Assembly: GCF_001194135.2 (NCBI RefSeq)
Contig: NC_068984.1
Location: 3,846,192-3,910,191 of the forward strand
DNA: 64,000 nucleotides
Direction of reading: 5' to 3'
Source of the DNA: Octopus bimaculoides
Lineage: Eukaryota
Shown piece by piece: positions 53,301-64,000 of the stretch; position 1 is the stretch's first letter, and each line of letters opens with the position of its first letter. The translations under genes and the position numbers were made by a program. The notes beneath the pieces are model-generated. The model worked only from the letters and a program-made list of their open reading frames with translations. It had not been told where the DNA came from and ran no database searches.

Positions 53301-53546
53301 TTTATATTTTTGAATCATGAAAATGCAGCTCCTTAATCAAGAGATTTATTTCAGGGGGCTAACCATAGAGGGGACAGACAAGGGGGATTAAGTCGATTAC
53401 ATCGACCCCCAGTGATTAACTGGGACTTATTTAATCGACCCCAAAAGGATGAAAGGCAAAGTCAACCTCAGCGGAATTTGAACTTAGAAGATAATTAATC
53501 AAGAGATTAACGTAATGAAATGAAACAAAAATTGCAAACTAATATT

Positions 53547-53588
<42 letters not shown>

Positions 53589-53983
53589 TATGCACACACA
53601 CACACTCATACTTATTTTAGGAATATTTGCAAAAACAAAGAGAAACAGTATCTATATACATACTATCAGTCGCCCTCATTCATGTTTAGCTAGCAGTGCA
53701 GGATCCAACTGGAGCTTGTAAATGGCTAAGAATGTTTGCTGATTTTTCATGCACACACACACACACACATGAGCATGTAGACTGTTTATCATCATCAACA
53801 GCATCTCCATCATCACTTAATGCAGTTTTCCATGCTGGCAGAGAGTGAACAGTTGAACAGGACCTGCCCTTCCTAATTCCAACCACTTTACAGAGTTTAC
53901 CAAGTGCTTTTTTTTTACATAACACCAACTCTAGTAAGGTTGCTAAGTAACTTGCAGAGGAAAGAAAAGAAAAAGATGTTTCA

Positions 53984-54024
<41 letters not shown>

Positions 54025-54029
54025 TAATA

Positions 54030-54800
54030 ATAATGATATACCCAAACGCAGGATGCTGCACACAGAATGTTGCAGCAGAGGAGTTAATGGCTGCTGAAAG
54101 CCAGTCATTGCAGATGAATACCATTGCCACCAAATACACAAATCTGTGAAAAGTGCCATGTGCAGAGTATGTAATGAGAAAGAGGAATCCATTATGTACA
54201 TAATAAGTTCCTGTAATCCTTTTACACAGAAGGGACATAGATGCAGACATGACTGTGTGATCAAGGCACTACCCGGGACATACTACTGCACAGGGGATTT
54301 GAAGGAGGAAGAAAATGATATGAACATCAACCAGAAAGTGTAATAGAGGATGACCAGTATAAGGTTTTATGGGATTTTAATGTACAGACTGATTGCGAAA
54401 TTCATGCCAGCTGACCAGATTTTACAGTTCTGGACATGGGAAAAAGGAATGCATCATCATAGATACAGCTATATCCGTGGACATGAATGTAGTGGTCAAA
54501 AACAGGAGAAAATAAGAAAATGCCAGGATTTGACTAGAAAAATACTATGACTATGGAGGGTTTCTACAAAAGCAATCCCAGTTATTATAGGTGTCCTTGG
54601 TACTCTCACCAACAGACTTAACAGTTCACTTATTGAGACTGGTGTAACTACCAGAGTTGCATTAATTCAGAAATCTGTTCTATTGGGAACAGAAAGGATT
54701 GTAAGAAAGGTCTTCAATATCTAAGGAAACTGGTTGTGACACGATATCAAGGACATTGATTCCAAATATAAAACGTTTGTGCACACCATGAATAACAATA
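54030..54800 (+). mobile_element. 5'-truncated R4/Dong-like RLE non-LTR retrotransposon
   Basis: Frames give a CCHC-type knuckle and RHD (CRVCNEKEESIMYIISSC...RHDCVIKAL), then KVLWDFNVQTDCEIHA*PDFTVLD...IIIDTA...QEKIRKCQDL (PD-(D/E)xK endonuclease). The 5' end abuts a (TAA)n array at about 53990-54035. Confidence 0.85.
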
Positions 54801-54802
54801 TA

Positions 54803-56082
54803 CAGGGGTTGGACAAAACAAATGGAAACACCTTAAAATTTTAAACAAATTTATTTTAATATGGGGTAGGACCACCTTTGGCAGTAATTACAGCTTGAAT
54901 TCTACGAGGTATGCATCAGACAAAGTTTGAATTGTTTCCAAAGGAATTTTTGTCCATCCTTCAGCTAAAACAGTCTCCAGTTCTTGTAGCAATGATGGTG
55001 GAGGATATCAACTCCTTACTTGTTTTTCTAAAATGCACCATAAATGTTCAGTAATATTGAGATCTGGAGACTGTGGTGGCCAGATAAGATTTTCAACTTC
55101 AGTAGAATGTTCCTCATGCCATTCAGTAACAACTTTAGCTGTGTGAATCGGTGTATTATCATCCAGAAAGATTGTGTTTCCCTCCGGAAACATTTTCTGC
55201 AACCATAGAATGAAATTGATCAGATAAAATGCTTAAATAGTCTTGACAGTTCTGCCATGAAGGGAAACCATTGGACCAGCAGATTTCCAAGATATAGCAC
55301 CTCCCACCTAGGTCATCATAGATCCTCCTCCATGTTTCACAGTTGGAAGAAGGCAGTCTGGGTCAAATGCTTCTTTTGGCTGTCTCCATATGTATACTTG
55401 GCCGGTGGTCGGAAATAAGGTAAAGGATGACTCGTCCGAGAAAATAACCTTCTTCCACTGCTCTAGGGACCAATTCTGTAGGTTTTTACGCCACTCTAAA
55501 CACTTTACAACGTTTGTTTTTGAAAGTAGTGGTTTTCTGATTGCAGCCCTCCCGTGAAATCTGGCTTTGTGCAGCTCCCGGCAAACAGCTTTTGTGGAAA
55601 CTGGGTTTGCAAGGCGGTCATTAAGCTCTGCAGTAATATTGGGAGCTGTACTTTTGTGATCCTTTCTAACAATTTGCATAAGAATCCAATGGTCCCTATC
55701 TGAAAGTTTTAGCTTTCTTCCGGAGTTTTGTTTTAACGAGGAGGTTTTTCCCTCTTTCTCAAAGGCTGTCATAACTTTCAAGACAGTACTTCTTGCTACA
55801 CCAAGCATTTTGACTGTTTTCGTTATGCTAGCATCTGCCATACGAGCACCAACAATCTGACCTATTTGCAAGTCCGATAGATCTGTCATTTTAATGAATT
55901 TTAATTATCTTTTTCTGATGATATCTGAAAAGAAACTGCAATTTTAGCAAAACATATTAAGAAACACTAATAATAAATAAAAAACAAACATTAAAATAAA
56001 CAAGCTTTTGACAGTTTTATAGATATTTCAAAATTATGATGCTATGATGCTAGGTGTTTCCATTATTTTGTCCTACCCCCTG
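54803..56082 (-). mobile_element. Full-length Tc1-family transposon with DD36E spacing; transposase disrupted
   Basis: Imperfect TIRs of about 31 bp, CAGGGG(G)T(T/A)GGACAAAA..AATGGAAACACCT; TA TSD at 54801-54802 and 56083-56084. ORF 55308-55889 has paired HTH, GRK, IFSDES and KHGGGS; ORF 55008-55202 has FLDDNTPIH...WPPQSPDLNITEHLW. An in-frame stop and a frameshift separate them. Confidence 0.95.
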
Positions 56083-56762
56083 TATATCATTATTATATAT
56101 TACATTACATTGCTGACCATTTTAGCAATGAATGTAGATATTCCAAAAGTAAGGCTGTCTGATGAAGAACAGAACAGAAAAAAGTTCAGACAGCAATTTT
56201 ACCTTCACTGATTATGAAACATCATACAATGTTTGCAAAAGATTTGCAGAGGCTGGAATTAGGTGAGTATGCTTTGCTAAATATGTAATGTTATTGTGCT
56301 AAAGGAAAGACTTCACAGGTTTAGTTTAGACCTATAGCACATAAGAAGGATACCAATTGTGTAGAGAAGTGCTGAATATTCAAAGTAGATGAAATCTGTG
56401 AAAGTTGGAGACCAAGGAAGAGTGATTTCAAAAGACTAGGGATCATGAGGGAGTACCAAAATGCTTGGGAAAGACCTGTCCAAAACGTGAAAGCAGTGTG
56501 GAAAACATGAAATGATGATAGGGGATTTCAAGGAAGGTTTTCTTTCCACTCATGCTGCCTGCACAATTAGTATCCCCATCTCTCAACAACCAATCATCTT
56601 TCTCACATTACTCCCTCTTCTCTCACTTCTTTGTTCTATGGTTACTCCCTTCTTGCCTCCCAACTATCACTCATCCCACCCCCATCGCACCACTTAAGCT
56701 ATTTCTATTCTGTCTCCTCATTTTCAGCTATTTTGTTGCTGGCCTTACTTTGTCACTCTGTT

Positions 56763-56803
<41 letters not shown>

Positions 56804-57500
56804 TATCATCCTATCAATATGTTGTTTCTACTCCCTCCCCTCACCAACCACCACCACCATTTAACTTGTCCATTGCCTCTCACTCTGGCTAATCTGGTTT
56901 GCTTCAGATTACTCTTCTGTTATCCTCTCACTCCAGTTCTCTTCCCAACTGGTACTCCTAAAAAAATGAACAGAGACCATGTAGAGGGCAAAGAGGATTC
57001 TATACTCCTACCAAAGGCAACTATTTTTCTGCTGGTATCACAATAAACAGCACCCAGCTCACAAAAGTGGTTAGGGTTTGGAAGGGCATTCACTCATAGT
57101 AAGCCTGCCCAAAACTGAATGTACAGTTGAGACACAGCTCCTAATCTGACGAGACTGTCAGTAGTTTAGAATTAAGAACTGACTTGGACAATAATAATCC
57201 ATCCAAAGAGGACCAGCATGGAAGATCAGTTGTGAAATTACTCTCTCTCTCTCTCTCTCATACACTCACACACACATATATATATTCTTTTCTACTCTAG
57301 GCACAAGGCCCGAAATTTTGGGGAGTGAGGGCATTCGATTAGATCAACCCCACTATGCAACTCATACTTAATTTATTGACCCTGAAAGGATGAAAGGCAA
57401 AGTCGACCTTGGCGGAATTTGAACTCAGAACGTAAAGACAGACGAAATACCACCAAGCATTTCGCCCGGCGTGCTAACGTTTCTGCCAGTTCACCGTCTT

Positions 57501-57532
<32 letters not shown>

Positions 57533-59229
57533 CAACAAACTAAATTACTGTTAGTCATGTCTGAAAGGGATTTATCAATTTAAAGACTTCATTGTATTAA
57601 AGGAAAAATAAATTTAGAAGATAAAAATTATGGAGCTTAATTTCAAAGATTAAATAAGAAAAACTAATATGAATGGTTTGTGTTTTTCTCTGCGTCTTTG
57701 ATGTTTATTTTCCACATGGACACGATTTTCTAAACAAATTAATTTTACAATACCACGGTTATTTTTGCAGAGAAAATATAAAATGATATTTTTGAAAACC
57801 TGTAGTTAAACATGCAAGTGAGGTCTTAGAATTTGAATTTAATTGAAAAGTTTGATCTTCAGAATTAATACTGTCTGCATGACATTTATAATTCCATGAT
57901 ATTATACTAGTTTATATTGTTAGTCATGATCCATTGTCAATATTCTTATATTTAGAAGAATAAAGGTAAGAATAAAGGAATTACATAAAAAAAAAAATTG
58001 ATAAAGAATGATAAAAAATATCTGTTAGTATTGGGAGAAATATTTAAAAAATGGCTTTATCAATCAAGTGCCGAGATGTAGATTAAGATCAAATTATTTG
58101 AGTGAAAATGTAGAGAAATATTGCAATGCAGCCAATACAGGTCATTGCTGCTGCTTCTACTTTGGATGTGAGATAAATCAACAATTAGTAGAAATGATAT
58201 CAAATAATATTTTGAACACCTGAACTACAAAGTATACACACACGTGTACACGCACCTTTGTGTAAACATAGACTATAAGAAGATACATGTGAACTAGGAA
58301 GCATCTATGTAGTTACTTTAGTCTTAACTAGAAAAATCAAGCAATCTCCTTTAAATGACACTTTACTATATTATAGAAGAACCAGTACATGTTGATTTAT
58401 GATGTTGAGACACATTCAATGTTCTCCTTCAAATCTACATATAATCACCGTTGTCTCAACTTTTTGTTTGTTAGGAAATTCAGGAAAATAATGTTTTATA
58501 TAATCTAAACTAATTCATCATTTTACTTTATTTTACAAGTTTTCAGGTAGATTGGATAACTTTTTGACTTTAATAAATTTAGACCTTTGTATATTTTCTG
58601 AAAAACTGATTTTCTAGCCAAATGTCTTTATATTACTCAACACGCCAATCAAAAAAAAAAATAATCTTTCCAACACTGTGTAAATTTGAACAATAAATGC
58701 CATTGAGGTGCGAGTATAGTGGTGAAATTATCAAAAGAGTGGAAAAATTGTAAGGAACTGCTTACCTCTGTTGTCAACAATAGGTTTCTCTCTCGCAAAA
58801 GAGTCAGGGCAGATGATATGAAGTTTGTGCACCAAGTGCATGACAAATGGTAACAAGACATGCATCTGGAATCTTTTTAATCTTTGATTTGTTTCAGTCA
58901 CAAGACCACAGCCATGCTGGGGTAGCAGCTTGAAGAATTTTCTTTTAGTCAAATGAGTTGACCTCAGTACTAGTTTTTAAAGCCCAGAACTTATTTTATT
59001 GGTTCCTTTTGTCAAATTGGTAAGTTATAAGGGCATCACACACACACACACACACACATATGGCAGCCTTTTTTTAGTTTCTGTCTATCAAATCCACCTA
59101 CAAGGTTTTGGCTGGTTCGCAGGGCTCTAGTAGACACTTGCCCAAGGTACCACAAAATAGCACTGAACCTAGAACCATGTAGTAGGGAAGCAAACTTCTT
59201 ACCATACAGCCACAACTATATTTATATGT

Positions 59230-59590
59230 GGAGTACATGTGACAGTTAGAAAGAGATACATGTTCTGATAGATGGTTAAAGCCAGAATGCATGAACATTA
59301 GATAATAGGTGTATTGGGACATCATGTGAAGCAGCTATAGTGTGCAAGAGACTGATAAAGACATGTGAGGCCTTTGAAGGCTAATAGCTGGAGGAGTTGG
59401 GGAGAAATGATGCAAATGGAAGGAACTTGCAGAAGAGGAAAACACAAGATGTGAAAATGGTGAGGTTTGATCTCAGAAATAAATGTTTAAATTTTACAAG
59501 TGGTGAGGTATAGTGCTGTAACCAAGCCATCTCACGTCTGCAAGCATAGAGTAATGGATATATATTGATTATGATGATGATGGTGTGGGA
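59230..59590 (+). mobile_element. Highly decayed RTE 3' end
   Basis: Resembles the other RTE 3' ends here and ends in a (GAT)n tail. Similar remnants at about 1690-1930 and 56380-56520. Confidence 0.45.
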
Positions 59591-62500
59591 ATGTGTGTGA
59601 GTAATTATGTAGATATTTTTGGGTTTATATTATAATAAGCACACAAACCATAAGAAGAGTATTCAGTATGATAAAGAAGAGTACTCAGTCACAACGCTAA
59701 ACTATGGCTCCCTATCACTCCTGTAAATCACAAAACCCCATGGAAAGTGCACTGACAGAATTTACACATTACAGACTGATGACGAGGGAATGGCAGGCTG
59801 CTGGTAACAAATTGATCCAAACTCCACTCGTAAAGGAAAATAGGCATAAAACTTATTATTGTTGTATTATTATTATTATTATGTACCAGGCAAAATGCTT
59901 AGCATTGTTTCATTTGTTTTTATGTTCTAAATCCAAATTCTACCGAGGTCGACTTTGTCTTTCATCCTTTTGGGGGTTGATAAAATAAGTACCAGTTATG
60001 CACTGGAGTCAAGCTGCCCATGTGGAAAAAATTTGAAATCATCATTATTAAGTTAGCGAGCTGGCAGAGTCATTAGCACACCGTGCGAAATGATTAGTGA
60101 TATTTAGTTTGCCACTACGTTCTGAGTTCAAATTCCGCCGAGGTTGACCTTGCCTTTCATTCTTTCAGGGTTGATAAAAAAAAAAGTACCAGTTTAGCAC
60201 AGGGGTCGATGTAATCAACTAACCCTTTCCCCCCAAATTTCAAGCTTTGTGCTTATAGCAGAAAAGGTAATTATAATTATTATAATTATTATTATCATTA
60301 TAATGATGATATAGTTACAATGATAAACTTTATATTCTAAATAAACCTAACTATCACACAAATATTTTCTTTGTTTCCAGTTTTTTATTTTCACTTTTAC
60401 AAAAAAGCTATAATTTGTTCATTTTCTTGAAAAATTTATTATTAAAATTATTATTTCAATAAATATAATATTTAGAATAAGCATTATTCAGTTGATTTAG
60501 TAAAAATTGTAATTTGACAAGATTAATATTACCAAATATAAAAACATAAGAGAATAAATTACAGAAATAGGGAAAAAAAAACCCAAAGTTAGAAACTTGT
60601 ATCTCTCATCTTCTGGGAAGAGGATGGGGAGAAAAAATAATGAAAAAAGATTATTATTCTAAATATAACAATTCCTGTAATATTTTGTGGACAATAGAAC
60701 ACATATAGTTGCAGAATTTAAAATAAGAAAAAATATATCTGATAGTCTGCCAAACCCCACTCGACTCCAGCCAGATTTCCCCTCAATTTGTTAAGTATTT
60801 AAGTCTGATATACATATAATTCTAAGAATTTATATTTATATTCAAACACACAAACTTATCTCACAAACACAAACACACACTCACACATATAATAATATTA
60901 AGAATAAGTATATGTATGTGCATATATAACATTTATGGGTCATTTTTTTTTCTTATTTTATTCTTGTTGCTGGAAAATTATGCATATGTCATTATAATCA
61001 TATCAGTTTCCATCAGATCTACCATTCATTTGAGGGTGAGGAGATGGAATCACCAGTTCCGTACACTTCATTGACTTTTCAAAATATAATCAGTGAACAA
61101 CAGAGATGACATGACAACCCCACCAGACAAAAGATAAGAAGTTCTAGACATTTGCAGCAATCTTGATACAAGATAGTAAATTTATTTAAGTGATAAAAAA
61201 TTCATTTCCCTATCATGAAAATATCAAGTTATTATAAGAGAAACACCAAACACAAATTGTAATGAGATGAGAAAAATAGCATAGAGAAGCTATAAGTCTA
61301 AACTTGACAATGAATAATGGATGCAAAGAAAGAAATTAAATGAAATAAAATTTCATGATGTAATTATCCAGTAGATTATGAGGTCTTGATAATATCAGAC
61401 TTTTATGATTAGTACCATAATAATTACTATTATTTTTCCTCATTATGAAATGCTGCCTTTTCAAATCATAAGATATATTGCTGATGTATGTTTATTTCTC
61501 CAAGAAAAAAAAAAATCTAGTTTGAAAGTGTTAGCATAAAAACTGTTTTCATTCTGTAGATTAGCATTCAAAAGAAATGATGAGAAAATAGGTTTTCTGT
61601 TGTAACAAAACTGACAACATAAAACTATTAAACTATTATAATTTCCCTTCAATCAATCAATCACTGTGATGAAAGAATAAAAACAAAATATTAAATCGAG
61701 CTATTTTTCAATTAGATACAGTAGGATCTACAAGACTTCATTTCATGAAATTTCACAAAAGAAAATTTGTCAATTTTCATGAATTATTCATTGTCAATAT
61801 TGATTCAAGTATTGGTTAACAAAATATATTGGCTTTAAAGCAATTTGGCAGTTGTCATTAAATGAAGTAGTTTGTGTTTGTTTGTTTTTTTAGTTATTAT
61901 TAAATAAATATAAGTAACATTTTAAGAAAAATAACATTTCAAAGTAAATATATCTTTAATATAATTCAATGTAACAAAATACACACACACGCACATACAC
62001 ATACACAAAAGCAAATAATTTTTAGCAATAAAATATATATTTCTTTTAATTAAAAACAAAGAGGATGGGCATAGATCGAATTAAGCCCAATATATTATTA
62101 TAGTTACTTAATTTATTAAATAAATGAAAAGCCAAGTTAAACACTAAAATATAAACTACAGAATGAAAACATTCCCCTCTTGTCTTATCTTACATCCACA
62201 TCAGTATATTATTATTATTATGCACTGATATATGTAAAGATAACTATCATAAAGGCTACTAAAAATGAATCTAATAATTACTGAATTTATTAACTTCCCA
62301 AGGCCCCAATTTTAACAAATGAACATATATATAATCTATCAATTAGTCAACAGATATATAGCTTGTCTCTGTAGAAATATTTTGTAACTAAATAGGGAAC
62401 AAAGTCTGTTGAAAGAAGAAGTTTTTAAATAATTTAGCTGAGATTAATAAAGCCATTTATTGGAAAACTTGTTCTTTAGTTGATGAATGTCAGATATATA

Positions 62501-62876
62501 ATTGCCCAAACACACTTAGTACCAAGTGGCTAGGGTGTTGTAATCACAATTGAACAATCGTGATTTCAATTCCCAGATAAGGTGATGCATTTTGTTCTTA
62601 AGCAAAACATTTCATTTCACCTTGCTCCGCATTCATTTCAACACCTGATGCTTGACACACTTGTATACTTGCACAAGCAATGTTAATTTGATGGTGGGGG
62701 AGTGAGATAACGTGAACACAAACATTTGATCACTACAAACAAAGCATTTGTGTGGTTGTTCAGCAAGAAAATGCAAAATCCTCATCCATTGTTTAATGAC
62801 AGCAGAGTAAATAATACACACACACACACACATATATATATAAATGCACATGTGCATGCATGCATGTATGTGTATC

Positions 62877-62917
<41 letters not shown>

Positions 62918-62924
62918 AAAACCA

Positions 62925-63300
62925 CAACAAAGGCTCGTGAAATACAGCACCCAACAGATTTCAAATAACCAGATGCTACATTGGATCAGTGAGAGGAACA
63001 TTTTAATCCAGATACAATAACTATTTTTCAACCTTTAGACATCCCAAGAAGAGACATGCAACAACCCTCTCAGCATTAATATGGAAACTTCTAGATGAGA
63101 ATATCAGCTATAACATCAGATGGAAGATCTTTTTTCTAAAACCAAATCGTATAGCAATGTGTGAAAAAGAGGTTCTGTATGTTTGCTTGAAAAACTGTTT
63201 TAAAAATCTTAAGAATCTCCAATGATTGTATAAATACCAGGAGCAATTTTTTTTTTGTCTGTATTTTACAAATTTCATCTTAACTGGAATTAAGAATACA
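62925..63300 (+). mobile_element. Penelope-like element GIY-YIG endonuclease C-terminal fragment
   Basis: Reads RCYIGSVRGTF*SRYNNYFSTFRHPKKRHATTLSALIWKLLDENISYNIRWKIF, then after a frameshift SKTKSYSNV*KRGSVCLLEKL. This matches the PLE pattern YIG....FK.RYNNH..SFRH...T.LS..IW.L.......I.W.I...C.LCL.EK. Confidence 0.8.
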
Positions 63301-64000
63301 CCATTGGACACATCATAACACATTCTAGTGTTGGTTCATGTAATTTTTGTAATACAATGGTTAGATTTACAGTGATGTTATCTCCCTTTGATTTCTCTGT
63401 CTTTTTTCTAAATGCACATCCTCTTTCAAACATTGATTGCCTCAAACACAGTTATTAAACCATTTTATTATCTATACTAGCTTGATAAAATGGCAAAATA
63501 AATTTGCCCAGGAAACCCTAACCAGTTATATTTCAAAAGGCTTTCTGCATTTTTTATAATGACATCTTTACTCTCTTTACTGAAAATCATAGAATACACA
63601 CACACACACACATAAACATGCATTTAAATATATATATATATACTCGTACTGTGTGTCACTTTGGGCAGTGTCTTCTACTATAGCCCCACACCACTTAAAG
63701 CCATGTGAGTGAACTTGATTGAAGGAAAATGAGGAAACCATCATATGTGTGCGTTTACAAGTATAAATATATAACCATGTGTGACTTCATGAAAGAGTTA
63801 AAATTTCCTTGTCTTCACATGTGCTCACAAGTTGTAAACCATGGCCTCACTGAGAGTGTAAAATACTCCCATTTCCATTTTGGTTTAGCATTAAGACTCA
63901 AGGCATATCAACATCAGCTAATATCTTTGTTGACCATTTAAACTTTGCCTGAAGATGGTGGATTCACATAATATGATGTAATCTTTAAGACTACATTGAA

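Overview
AT-rich, repeat-dense eukaryotic DNA with five assembly gaps and many (TA)n, (CA)n, (TAA)n and (CAT)n microsatellites. Its SINE/LINE repertoire resembles an octopus (coleoid cephalopod) genome; this is an inference from remembered repeat families, not a database search. I found no recognisable intact host gene, only weak plus-strand exon candidates. Most listed ORFs are microsatellite read-throughs or transposon debris. Supported content: three decayed mariner elements; one full-length Tc1-type element with DD36E spacing; two RLE-type (R4/Dong-like) LINE fragments; several RTE fragments; a CR1/L2-like 3' end; a Penelope-like GIY-YIG fragment; two MITEs with TIRs and 8-bp TSDs; and three abundant SINE families. 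The most interesting signal is a set of minimal type-I hammerhead ribozyme motifs in Penelope-type repeat ends. Two copies share one architecture: tRNA-derived Pol III head, (AAT)n, then a body carrying the hammerhead. Some copies form fold-back inverted pairs. Repeat boundaries are approximate unless TIRs or TSDs are quoted.
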